A stretch of DNA of 64,000 nt from Podarcis liolepis (taxonomy: Eukaryota): the NCBI GenBank assembly GCA_965112155.1, contig OZ218103.1; one strand, 5' to 3'. A program made the position numbers and the translations under genes. This document shows, piece by piece, positions 11,631-24,500 of this stretch. The notes beneath the pieces are model-generated. The model ran no database searches. It was not told the origin of the DNA and saw only the letters and a list, made by a program, of their open reading frames with translations. The stretch's first letter is position 1. The number at the start of each line of letters is the position of its first letter.

Positions 11631-11743
11631 GGAAGGGACCACTAGGGTCATCTAGCCCAACCCCCTCTGTAATGCAGGGTACTTTTGCCTAATGTGAGAC
11701 TCGAACTCATGACCCCAAGATTATTGTGCTCTACCGACTGAGC
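11631..11743 (-). mobile_element. Short tRNA-derived SINE with CR1-like tail
   Basis: Minus strand AGCTCAGTCGGTAGAGC (A box) ... GAGTTCGAGTC (B box) followed by ...GGGTTGGGCTAGATGACCCTAGTGGTCCCTTCC. Confidence 0.65.
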
Positions 11744-11841
11744 TTCCCCACCCCACAACAACTGAGCTGGCTTTCTTTTCTGTTTCTGTAGGTCTAGCAC
11801 CAAAGGTTGTGTTACCATTGACCACCCTTTCAAACTGCAGA

Positions 11842-13044
11842 ATGCCTGGTCTTCTGAACCGGATGTGCCACATTGGGTTCCACGTCCCTGAGGGGCAACA
11901 GCTGGCCAGCAACTTGGTGCGCCAGTTTGGATTCGAGCTGTTTGCTGCACGGGTGGCAGAATGGAGCAGGCAGCTGGCCTTCCGGAGAGGGGATGCCGTT
12001 TTTCTCGTCAATGAAAGGCTGAAGCCTGCCAAGAGAGACGCTCCACCTGTGCCATCTTCAGGCTGCCGCAAGGATAAAGGAATTCTGTACGACGTGGACC
12101 TAGAATATGCCGTCAGTACAGCCTCCAACATTTGCTTTGAGGCAGAAGATGTACCTGGCATCTCCCAAAGCCTACAGGAACGAGGATGCCAGATCCTCAT
12201 CCCTCCCACAGCTGTGGAAGATGAAAATGGCCACGTCACTTATTCAGTAGTGGGATCCATCATAGGCAACGTCAGCCACACACTACTTGACAGATCTCGG
12301 TACAGCGGACCGTTCCTACCTGGTTTCCACATGGTGGAGGGTGCTCCCAAGGTCCAGGTGGGTGGCCAGGTGACACATTTTGATCATATCACCTATGCTT
12401 GCCCCCAAGGTAGCTCGCAAGCTGTGTTGGACTGGTACAAGAACTGTTTGGGATTCCAGCGTTTCCCCATCCACCAGCAAGACAATGGTACTGATGGCTA
12501 TACAATCCAGGGTGCTGGTATGGGTCTTCGTCTTACTGCCATGCAGTCCAATGGAAGCGATCCGACTCTGCTTTGCAATGACTGTAAAATTATTCTAGCT
12601 GAGTCTCTGTCAGATCAAAAGAAGAACCAGGTGGATACTTTCTTGGAGCAGCACGGTGGATCGGGCATCCAACACGTGGCACTCTACACCACAGGTATTA
12701 TAGGAGCCGCTGCGGCCATGGCCAGATCTGGCGCAAACTTTTTCAAGCCCCCCTTATCCTACTACAGTGAGAAAAGGAAGGTGGAGGAGATAAGGCAAGC
12801 TGGGCAAAATCTTCAGCTCCTGAAGGACCACGGCATCCTTCTGGACGCTGGTGTAGGAGGCAGCGGTAGCTCTGGAGGCCTTTGTGAGAAGCAATACCTC
12901 ATGCAGATCTTCACAAAGCCTCTCTTTACAGAGGATACTTTCTTCCTGGAGCTTATAGAGCGATGTGGGGCCACAGGTTTTGGTGAGGGAAACATTCGTG
13001 CTCTCTGGCAGTCTGTACAAAACTATATGGACCAGCAAGTTTGA
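11842..13044 (+). CDS. HPDL: 4-hydroxyphenylpyruvate dioxygenase-like protein, 400 aa, single coding exon
   Basis: ATG at 11842. MCHIGFHVPEGQQLASNLVRQFGF and GDAVFLVNE match the HPDL N-terminus. Iron ligands in FDHITY, IQHVAL, FLELIE; C-terminal GFGEGNIRALWQSV. Adjacent to MUTYH as in other vertebrates. Confidence 0.96.
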   Translation: MPGLLNRMCHIGFHVPEGQQLASNLVRQFGFELFAARVAEWSRQLAFRRGDAVFLVNERLKPAKRDAPPVPSSGCRKDKGILYDVDLEYAVSTASNICFEAEDVPGISQSLQERGCQILIPPTAVEDENGHVTYSVVGSIIGNVSHTLLDRSRYSGPFLPGFHMVEGAPKVQVGGQVTHFDHITYACPQGSSQAVLDWYKNCLGFQRFPIHQQDNGTDGYTIQGAGMGLRLTAMQSNGSDPTLLCNDCKIILAESLSDQKKNQVDTFLEQHGGSGIQHVALYTTGIIGAAAAMARSGANFFKPPLSYYSEKRKVEEIRQAGQNLQLLKDHGILLDAGVGGSGSSGGLCEKQYLMQIFTKPLFTEDTFFLELIERCGATGFGEGNIRALWQSVQNYMDQQV

Positions 13045-14000
13045 AGAATGCGCACCAACACCCCGTTACACATTCTTGTGCTCAGTGTATATGTGAACCT
13101 GATGGTGCGAGTTCTGCAAACCTGCTCCTAAGGGGTTGGTTTCCCTGTTATATCGATGACATAAGGAGTTCTAGATCATGGAGTTCTAGATCTAGATCTA
13201 AACTGGCTCTGCACCTCCACCAGAGTTGCTTTCACTGGTGTAAAAAGTATCCATGTGATCTGGATGACCCACCTAATCAGAACTTTTTACACATTGCTGA
13301 CCTATTTTGAGTTGGGAGCTCTAACCACAGCGAAGAAACATTGTGATGGCAGCTGCATCTTGGCTGCAAACAAGTGTGGTCAATACTCCTAGAACAGGGC
13401 TTCTCTATTCTGCATCTTTATCAACAAGCTTCACTGCTGGAACAAGCGAGACAAACAGAAAGCATAGAAATCTGGCTCTTTAATTCCTTGTAGATCTGGG
13501 GCTCCAGAGCAAAGACTAAGAAACATGGAAAGGGGTAGTATCAGGCTGATGTTTGCCCAATATTGTCCCAGAACAGGAAATGGTGTTCTTCAATATATGA
13601 AATCCATCTTCTTCAGTACAAAACTATGTGCTGAAGCTCTTTAAAAAAACTGTTACTTGAATGGTTTCTGCCTCAAGTATATTTGTGATGAGATCACAGC
13701 AAAACATTAATATGTTTATTAACAACAATTTAAATTATAAGATTTATTTATAACTTATTATTTAAATTATAACACTGAAGTATAATGTTCTTTTAAGTGT
13801 TGGGTATAATAGCATTTTTTTTTGTTTTAGGTCTAGTTGGTAATATGTTTTACTATTTCAATTTGGCCTGCTAGTCAGCTGAAGAACAGCTTATTTCTTT
13901 AGTAAACTTGCTTAATTTTTTGTTACAATTGTGTTAAGTTTTAAACATCTTTCAATTGTCAGTCTTGGATATTTATTTGGGCATGTGAAATACTTATAGT

Positions 14001-14006
14001 AATAAA
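14001..14006 (+). terminator. Candidate HPDL polyadenylation signal
   Basis: AATAAA about 960 nt after the stop, followed by GT/T-rich sequence. Confidence 0.45.
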
Positions 14007-14752
14007 GATATATGTGTTTAAGTCAGGGTTGATCTTTTTAAAAAAAATATTAATATCAGCTGAGACTATTTTTTGTTATATTTGCATTAAAAACACAATT
14101 GCGTTAACTTTAAATATTTCTTTGTAGTTCTGTAATAGAACACATTGTTACATGCTTCTCTGTATTAATTCCCTTCTGAGTTTAGAATATTTAGAATCTG
14201 ATTCTTATCAACATTATGCAACGAACAAGGTCTTATTTATGTGTTTGCTCACTGTGTGGGCTGAGCTTTTATGAACTTGCTGTTTCTTCATCTTGGGGAA
14301 CAGATACTGCTACTTAGCTGTACTTTACAAAAAGGACATGCCTAATAGCATATTTTCCACATTGCTTATGGCAGGGTAGTTACCCTTTTGATAAATGCTA
14401 CCAATGTGCCCCTTTTGGTCGCAGGGGAGCAATGGGGAGATTATAGAGTAGTCATTTATTGTGCTTTTTTCACATGTGAAATGGCAAATACTAGAAATAG
14501 TGGGAAAAGAACTGAAAACTCCACAATATTCCACCTTTGTATTAACAGACTTCTGAATGCTTGCTTTTAAAGGGACTTTCTTGGTTCCTTGACAGTGACA
14601 TGGCTGTGCAGGTCTCAACATGCTAGTACAATATTTAAGGTTGTGTGTGTTTGTGTGCGTGCCAATTTTCAACGCTACAGTGTGAATAATACAATCAGTT
14701 AAGAAGAAGAAAGCATAACTAAATAACCGCCACAGTCAAAATTCATTAAAAT

Positions 14753-14758
14753 TTTATT
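14753..14758 (-). terminator. Candidate MUTYH polyadenylation signal
   Basis: tttatt on plus strand (AATAAA on minus) about 760 nt after the MUTYH stop. Confidence 0.45.
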
Positions 14759-15520
14759 AGCAAACCCACAATTAAAACAGGACACTGCATGTACTGAAAA
14801 ACAGTTTCATCTGTGAACTCCAGCAATTGTGGCATCTAGTACAGCAGCAAAACACTTTCTTGACTATGGATGTGAGCAAATGGCAATTGCATAGTTACTT
14901 GTCCTTGAGAATAAACTAGCTCTAAGAAAGCAACATTTAAGAAGGATGCAGAAGAGACATTGAGTCTTTTTGCTTAGCATCCACTGGAGAATAAGTCTTT
15001 CAGTCAGCCTGCCTCATATACTTTTTTAAAAAGTCCATTTTACTGCAGTGTGGCACACCAATAAACTCTGACCTCCTAGGAGCCACTACAGCCACACTTG
15101 TTTGAATTGTGCCCGTGTTATGTATTGGAGTGGAGGGGCACAATGTTAAAGTCACAACATCCCCATGATGCCCTCATTGCAGCCACAGTGTTTCATTCCA
15201 GTATGACCACATCCTTGCTGGAGATCAGTCCCTCATCTCCGAAACTATAAGGTAAGGCACATCAGCTGAATGGTAATGCAGACAAAACAACTGGACTCAT
15301 CCCACAGCCCTGAACTCTAGTAAGATTATGGAGCTTAGCACTGTTTACAACAGGCAGGCACACCTCACTGCCTGGGTAGTGTCATCCCAGGCAAGAATCT
15401 TGAGACCTTTCGGTGATGCTCATTGAGAAGGCACCAATGGGGCTTCCAAGTGTTGTACAAGGTTGCTGGGTGTGGAATGAGTGTACTCACATGAGGTCAG
15501 GCAGAGCATAGAGACTGCCA

Positions 15521-18500
15521 TCAGTCCCCGGGATTTGTTGCAAGAAATGAATCCAGAGAAAGTTGCCTCTTGGAAAAACTACCTTCTTCATGCAGGGTCT
15601 GGCTGGTGTGTAGGGAGTCCCGTTTCCTCTTGACAATCTGTACAGTCACACATGCATATGCATTTGATGGAGAAAGCACTGCGGCCACCTCTAAATCCCA
15701 TCCCCTTGCTTATAGGCCTAACATTGGCAAGAAGGGTGGAGACAAACCAGCAGGACCCACCCAGCGTGGTTGGAAGGATGTGCAGTTGGCAAGCCTCAAA
15801 CTGGTGGCTCCCAACATGCGGGACCAGTGATGGAGCTCAGTAGACAGAGGGGCGAGATGCTGTTCCCTGTGGAATGCCCTCCCTTCAGATGTCAAGAAGA
15901 TAAAGAAGTACAAAACTTTTAGAAGACATCTGAAGGCAGCCCTGTATTGGGAGGTTTCTAACACTGGACGTTTTTATTATGTTTTTAGATATGCTGTAAG
16001 CCACCCAGAGTGGCTGGGGAAACCCAGCCAGATGGGCGGGGAATAAATAATAATAATTCTAGGAACATGATTGGAGCTGCAGAGAGAGGTAAGAGCTGTT
16101 CAGCTCTAGCAAATGGATGTCCTTACCTTGGCAGTACTGATTGTAGGGCTCCACTTTTCATAAGCTTTCAAGACCTGGAAAAGTAGGACAGTCCACATAA
16201 CACATCTAGCACCATAATGAATACATGGTGTTGACTCCATATGAGGGGGCAGGTTGCAACTGTTTACGTACAAAGGCGTTTTTAACGTATCAGCTGCCCC
16301 CTGGAACCACTGATTGCTTGAGCCAGAAACACAGGGACAGTGTGAAAGAGGAGACAGAGCACACATAACAAGAGAAGCAGCTAAAAGTGGACCAAGTGTA
16401 TCCCTTGCTAGAAAGCTATGTTCAGTCATACTTCCAGCTGCAGTTAACGTTTGCATTTCCCCAGAAGCTGGGGCTAACATTCCATGCTGTTGCGTCACCT
16501 GCATCTCTCAGGAGAAATTGACATATGGGTCCATTGGGAAACTTGAAGCAACCAAGCTCTAGATTCTCAGTACCTTCTTCATGGCTGTGGAGATGGCAGA
16601 GTTGTGGAATTCTGTTTCGGTCACCCACCGGGATGCCGGCAGCTCCAGCTCCACATCCCAGTTTCCTTCATCTTGATCCAGATTCAAAGAGTAGATCACG
16701 TATGTTTGGCGGATGTGGGAGAAGATATGGAGAACCTGGTGAAGGATTTGAAGATATGTAGATGTGGTTACGGAAGGTGAGAGATGCCGTTATGTCACAG
16801 CATCCCTTCCCTCCCTACCTTCTGGCAGGTAAGAAGGACAAGTTCCTTGGGAAGGAAGAAACCCAGCTGCAGCCTCATAGAGGGAGGCTGGGCTTTGCAT
16901 GGAGACCTGGGAGCTTCTCCTTCCCAACCTTCATTGTTTCAGGACAAGGAGCTGCAGGTACACAACCTACTTGTCTGTGGGAGTGAAGACAGGGAAGAAA
17001 GCAGAGACTGTGCTCTAGAACTAGGACAGGGGCGCAGGCCTGGAGGCAGACTGCAGTTCTCCAGGCTTCTCTTCCCAGTTGCTGAGACTCACACTAGGTT
17101 GTGCCTCCTTCCCATTCCACACCCCTCCCCAGTCATACTCCTCCAAGTGTTTTTGCCTGGCTGGAATGTGGCCTTGAAGTGCAATAATGCTCCTGGCCTG
17201 CCTGGATGAAAGTATGTGTGTGTATGTATATTAAAACCTGACTTTTGTTTGGCTGGAATGTAGCCTGTTGGCATCCGTCTGTCTCGGGAGATAACGGAGT
17301 AGTGCGCCTTTGGGGGTCAAGTAGTTCACTCCACTTGTCAAGTGATACTCTGAGCTCCAAGCAACCATTGAAGCAGGCAGACAGTGGGGGGGGGGGCAGC
17401 ACTTGGGGCTGCCAAGCTTAAGACGGGCAGTAGCTGACTAGCAAGACATGATGATCTCTCCCACCTATGGCATAATCTGAGTGATAATCTAAAAATAATC
17501 TGAGGACTGAATGGCTTGAAGTGAGATTTAATTCAATCCTGACAAATACTGTTCCAGATATTCATGGGGGCAGTAATTTCATTGCCAGGTATTTAACTGC
17601 AAAACTCTCCATCTGTCAGGTACAAAACAGAACAACTGTCTTCCCCATCAAACCAGCTTCATGCATGGCACACATCCTGAAGGTTTTGTTTGGCAGTTAA
17701 TAGCAACAGAGATTCTGATGCTAATGCCACCCCAGGTTGTAGGTTGTAAATCCCATGCAAGGGGAGGTGGCGGCGAGAGGGGAGGTACTTGCTGGAGAGA
17801 CACTGTATAAACAATGGGCCAATTCTGCAGGGAGTGGGGTTCAATGTACCTCTCCAACATGCTGCAGGCGTCTTGTTGCCACGTTACTACCAACCCAAGC
17901 TTGGAGGTGATCTGCCAGCGCTGCTTTCTGCCGCTTCTCCTGCCCTGACTCAAGGAGGAGGCTTGGAAACTCCCAAAGCCCTGCCAACAAACCTGCAAGA
18001 AAATGTACCGTCACCAGCACAAGCTGATATTGTATCGTAGTTAAGAGCCTGAGTTATGAGCTAGAAATCCCTGGTTCAAAAAATCATCTTGGACATAAAA
18101 TTTTGTATCCTCTGGCAAAGTTACATATTCTCAGCCATATCTAAAAACCTGGGATAATATGCATCTACTTAATAAGGCTGTCGCAGAGATTCCTGGGATA
18201 ATGTACACAAAACACCAAGGAAATGCTCTAAATAAATACTGTGTTGTCAATATCATATTTTAAACATAACCACCCTCTATCAGGCACACAAGACATGTAT
18301 TTAGAAACACTGCTTCCATAGTAAACGAGCAATGCTCCTAAGGTACATGCCTACGTCAGGGCTGAGTGCTCTCTCCCTTGACTAGTGCAGGCGAAAGTAA
18401 TGCCTTAAATAATTCATCTGGTTTTCTTTTACTTCAACTGTGGTATGAATTTTTCAACAGCTGAAAAAATGCTCAATAACAGAGACAGGTCTGGGTGCCC

Positions 18501-21500
18501 AGGGTATCTATCTATTTATTAAATGTGTATACCACCCTTCATCTGAAATCCACAGGATGGTTCACAACATAAAAATACAAAATGAGAACACAAGATACAT
18601 AATAAGCAAAAACAAACCAATAACCCTCCCTCCCACAATCACATTTTAAAGACCACAGAACCTTAATCAGCCAAAGGCCTGGTTATATTGAAACGTTTTT
18701 GCCTGGCACCTAGTATAGAGGCCTGGAATGGACTGGCAGATAAACTTGACCCATCTTGCAGGCATCTGTTTTCTGCAACCACTAGCTCAAAGTCATAAAC
18801 GTGCCTCAACATAAAATTGGAATGATCACTGACGTGGGTGGGTGCAGGAGTTGGAGATGTAACAACAGATTTTCCAGGCATGGTAAGCCTCCCTTTCTCA
18901 GACCATTACCTGTGCTAGGTCTCTGCACAATAAGGTACTCTGGTTTCCCATCACTGCACTTTCTCTGTAGCACACATGTGGCTGTGCACTCGATCCTGGG
19001 CTGCTTCTTGGCAGTTTTCCTGGGGAAGTTGGTCACACCAAGGCTGGGATCCCATGGCTCTGAAGGAGGCAGGCAGAGGGAGCAGCTCCCTGTGGTGGCA
19101 GCGGCTACAAATCGGAAGAATGAAACAGATGAGATGCCTGGCTCTGATCTGCTGGCAACAGGCAACTGTCTGCAAAGCATATTTGCTGGAGGTGGCATGT
19201 TCTAGAACAGGAAGGCCTGGCTTGCTAATGAAGCCAGAGTTAAACCAATGCTGCCCATTCCATGGGGGCAAAGCTGACAAATGTCAATTCACAACCAAAC
19301 AAGAAACTTCTAATCTCACTGCAAATAAATAAATAAATTCCTCAGTGCAGCATGAACTGCACACCTAAACTGAATTTGAGCCAGTCTAGTCAATAGCTCT
19401 ATACCAGGGTGGGAAACCTCCAGTCATCCAGGTTTCTCTATTGGACCCTTGGAACTCTCCACAGGCCATGCCTCTCATGGCCTCCTCAAGTGTCTCAGCC
19501 TGGCAGGAATGTTCCCTGAACTGTGATAATACATTTTGCTTGCCTGGCTGAAGGATAGAGACGTTTGTGTTGCCCGTTACAGAACGTAGCACTTGGGGTG
19601 AAAAAATGTTTCCCGCCTCTGATCTATCTATAGACTCTATGCAATCACACGTGTGAAAGAGATCAATGTGTATTCATTTACTAGGTTCTCATAGATAAAC
19701 CTACACAATTCAAACAATAGATTACCAGAAGCAGAGAGCAACTATGGTACAATAACTACCTGCAGGGGAAATAAGATACTTCAGAGGAAGGATCCAGTGC
19801 TCCTCTGCTTCTCTACCAGAGAACTTTTAGGGACAGACGTGTTTAAAAATGAATTTTTGCCATGCATTTGCCATAAGCCTAAGGCAGCATACAAATACCA
19901 GCATAAAATACATCAGATTGATAATTAAAATGCAATTAACATATTAAGGGTGGGTTTGTTTGTTTGCATTTTAATAATTATTTTTATGGAGATCTCATCA
20001 AAAACCATTCATCACAGCAACACTCTCATAAACCATCACAAAAGCCTGCTCAAATAAAAAGGCCATGTTTGCTCCTTAAAAACAGATCTGGATTTAGTAT
20101 GTTTCATTTTTTTTGGGGGGGGGGGGCTTAATTTGCTGGCTACAGAAGATGGCTCTGGTTCTTCCTCCTCCTTCTTGCATCTACTACCCTGAATAAAGAA
20201 GGGCTGCTGGTGGAATTGGGAAGAGAAGGTAGAGATTTGCTGGAGGTCGAAATCTGAGAGTTTTCCCACCTTGTAAAAAAACTCCAAACCACCAACCTGG
20301 TAATGCCAGGTCTTCTCATGCGCTTACCACATTCTTCTACATCCAGCACCTGGGGGCACTTAGAAGCAGGTTTTCCAAACAGTTTCTTGGCAGAGGCTGC
20401 CTGCTCTTTTTCCACCTGCAGGAAAAGGTTCCAACCATCAGTGAACAGAGAGGTGGGGGACTGTGCAAGTACTTGAGGCTTCTTCTAGAACTCCCATGTC
20501 CTCAGTCTTAACATCAAGCTATATGCCGACATTAGCCATGATTCCAAAGTTGAGACCAAACCCAAGGACAGAATAGGATGCACATCTGTGTTGTATATGC
20601 AACATTTTAAGAAAAGAGATGCAAGTGGGCCTGGTTATGTGAAAGGAACTAGGAAGGACCCACAATTTAGAATACGATTAACTGAAGACATTATAACGAA
20701 GCATCAATAGGTGGCTTTGTTAGACTGTATTTCTGCTTAGGAGGAAATCCAACCATATGAAATTGAACGAACTCCGAGGGAATTTATGTGCATGGCAGCA
20801 TTCCTAAACACACTTACTAAGGAGTAAGCACAACTGAACAAAGTACTTCTGAGCAGACATGCAGAACCCCCATACAATGTCTGTGTGGTATGTGTACAAG
20901 GAGTGTTCAGGGAGCTTTGCAGGAAATGGCTCTTTTTTCCCAACAGAAAATAATAATCTGACTCCACAGCAAAACACCAGAGCATGCGGAACAGCAAAGG
21001 GTATAGAGGAGGAGCTCCCTTACTTTGTGGCGTGCTCTGCAGTGCTGCTTCACAGGACACTCCATGCACCGTGGGCCCTTGGGAGTGCACACAATTGCCC
21101 CCAATTCCATCATCGCTTGGTTAAAGTCACCGGGATAGGATGGGTCCACCAGAGCGTGTGCTAAAGCCCTAAGAACGACAGCAGCCTACATTAGCAAGCA
21201 TAACAAATCTTTCTAAAGCAGCAGTCTCAAAAAACAACTCCTGAGCTTTCTTGACCTACAACCACATTGATGGGAGAGCTGAGAGTGAAAAAAAGAGACA
21301 GAGAGAGGTGCTAGTTTTGCACAAAAACTTCCCTGGGGCTGCCAGCTGTTGCTCTGTGCTGTAGGGAAGCATTTCTTAGAGAGGTGGCTACCTACTCCCT
21401 AATTTTAGAGTGGGCTTTAGAAACCAGCATTCTGTAAAAGCTCAGCAATCAGTAATGGGGAGTTTCCAAAGATGAAGAGCAGCATTTCTAAATTCTCTGC

Positions 21501-24500
21501 CCTCTGTCACTCTCCACAGTGCCTAGCTCTTCCTCTTGAGCCAACGAACATTTAGTTAGGACTACCATTGATTTGAATGGAATTTTCTTACATGTGAAGG
21601 ACTGCATTATTCACCCCAACTTCTCTGGGTGTGTGTACAGCTCCTGGTTTGCTGATTGAACTGCTAATTCACTATATTTTTGACCTTAAGAGTTCAAACT
21701 TAGCAAGGGGAAACCAACTGCAAGTCCACTATATGCAATTAGGGACTGGCTGTGAACAGTTTAGATTTTGCCAGGATGTGTTGTCTCCAGTTTGGATATC
21801 TGATGGGGAAGAAGGAAAAAAATACTTTTATCTTCCAAAAGCTATTGTCCTTTCCTGACTCTCAGGTCCTAAAGCTATGCTTGCACCATCCCAACCCCAT
21901 TCCTTCCCTTACCAGAGTCTGTCAGCAACAGATGCATTGGCGGGGTCAGCACCAATGGCTCGTGTACGGCACAAGACCCGAATTACGTTCCCATCCACCA
22001 CACCGGTCACCTGGATGCATTGGACAAAACATCAACCCAGTCGTTACTGTACTTGTGACAACTTCTGCTCCAGCCTCCATTAAGGGCTGCTGACAGAGCT
22101 ACTGAAGAGCCCAACTAGGCCACAGAGGGCCTTCTGCCTGCATCAAATTCAATCTGTGAATCCATGGAAAGTTGAGATTACATAGTGGTTAGGATATCAA
22201 GTATGGTTCAGGAAGTCTTTGGTTTGAAGCAGAGTGCACAGAGGTACAAGTCATTGTTTAGTGGCTTAGATAGTAATGTCTAGTGACCATATTAAATTCT
22301 GTATTAATATTTGTTTCTCTTGCCAGATACCACCTCTGTTTGGTTTGTGTTCATATTGTACAAAAGGAAGTTACTCTTTAGGACTGATGACCAAGACTAG
22401 CCACAATTTAGTCTTTCTTCCAGTCACAGGGTTAGAAAGGTACTGATACTCTTTCTTTACACTTATACAGATTATGAAGTCATGCCATACAGAGCAGAAA
22501 TCTAAATTACACACCACTTCCTTGGCTGAGATCTTCCTATTTGTTCCTACTTGTTCTAGCGCTAACAGTGAGGGAATTAGTAGCCAATTCACTGTTTTTA
22601 GGGGCATCAAGGGAAACACAGGAGTGAACATCAGCTGCAAAGGGAAAGGAGAGAAGAAGAAGAAGAAGAAGAAGAAGAAGAAGAAGAAGAAGAAGAAGAA
22701 GAAGAAGGGGAGGAGTTTGGATTTGATATCCCGCCTTTCACTCCCCTTCAGGAGTCTCAAAGCGGTTAACATTCTCCTTTCCCTTTCTCCCCCACAACAA
22801 ACACTCTGTGAGGTGAGTGGGGCTGAGAGACTTCAAAGAAGTGTGACTGGCCCAAGGTCACCCAGCAGCTGCATGTAGAGGAGCGGAGACGTGAACCCGG
22901 TTCCCCAGATTACGAGACTACCGCTCTTAACCACTACACCACACTGGCTCTCAGTGTCTAGCCCTCTAGCTTGACTAAGGACTTAGAATCCCAAAGCCAG
23001 GTTGGCTAATATTCCTTTGTGCAGATTCCTAAAGCAAATCTGCCCACTCAGACTGCAACCTCATTACCTGACCAAACGCTATGGATGCAATAGCTCCTGC
23101 AGTGTACTTTCCAACTCCCGGCAACTGCTTCTGCAGCTCTTCTGCTGTCCTGGGCATATGTCCTTCCATCTGTGACACCAACTGCAAAATAAACCAGTTG
23201 AAGCAACACAGGGACATTGTCACTCAAAAGCACCACCTCTGGTGGTTCTTAGGCACGCTGTTAAAACTTCCAACATCCCTTTAAGGTGTCATGATCCTGG
23301 AGTCAGATTCCCCTTCTTCAGGGGATGAGGTTGAGGACTCTGAAGCAGGAGGGGAAAAGGAATGCAGGGCCAGCCCTGGAAGTACTTCTATCTGATGAGC
23401 CTGTGGGGGCAGTGCTCCTCCAGGCCAAAGGATGTGGCACTGCTGTCCTTGGAAGAAGCTATTGCAGAACCTTCCTAGCCCTCTGCTCTACTGCAATAGA
23501 AGTAGGTTGGCTTTCACTGAAGAAGGACTTGCCATTGCAGATGGGGCTAACAATTGGGATGCCCTTGCTGCCACTATATAGGGTTCAGTGACTGAAGCAG
23601 TATCAGAGCTTTGTGTTTCTATAGCACAACCTGAGCAGCACATTAAGAAGAAGGTGGGCTTTCTGGTGATAAGATATCATGAGACTAAAATACTGCCCAT
23701 TGCCTCTTGGAAGGAAGGGTGGGATACAAACATTAGGGGATTTGGGATATACATTTCCTACAAACTATACCCTCAGTTTTAGGAAGCTACTCATCTTAGG
23801 ACCTCAAAAGTAAACTATTTGGGGTTCCCACCTTGCCATCTAATAACACTTTGCTATTCCTACCTGAACTCCCAATTAGACTAGTTAGTACAATAGCTAC
23901 AGTAGCTAGTTATTTTGCACCTGGTTCTTTCCTAAGTGGCTATTAGAAAATCTTTCTTTCTGTAAGCACAGGACATAAAGGAAACTATCTTCTTGCAAAA
24001 ATGCCTTGTGTCTTGACCCACTGTCTATAGAGTACCTTATGTGCACCTTCCTGGAGTCGCTTCCCTCGGGAATAGTAGCCAAGCCCTGCCCATAGCTCAT
24101 TCACCTCCTATTTCCAAATAGAGTTAGAAAAAAATATTAGACCAGACCAATAATTTTTGCTTTTGCTTAGTTTATTAATTTTTTGCTATTTCATTTTTGT
24201 GGATTTTTGGGGGTATTTCAGTATTTTTTAAAAAACATGTATTTAAATCTTTTTTTAAAAGGGGGGGGGGGAGAGCAAAGCTGCATGTTCCATTCAAATA
24301 TTCATGCATGAACACACACAAAATATTGCATTCTCATTCTTACCTCTAGCGAAGCCTGAGCCAGGTCCTGCAAGGTTGGCCATTTCTGTATCAAAAAGGA
24401 AAACGGGGATGTGTTTACAAGGTCTCCAAAGCACAATGGATACAAGATCCAGAATTCAGGAGCTAATGCACAACAAAGCATGCCACAGAGAGAAAAGGAT

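Noticed and set aside
11700-11743. tRNA gene (A and B boxes; likewise 60190-60255 and 22890-22952)
   Set aside because: No complete cloverleaf; each runs into a SINE body.
11809-11841. ORF-track start (GTG) for HPDL
   Set aside because: Non-ATG start; homology begins just after the ATG at 11842.
22371-22878. Poly-Lys and poly-Phe ORFs (134 and 133 aa)
   Set aside because: They are translations of the GAA microsatellite and adjoining SINE.
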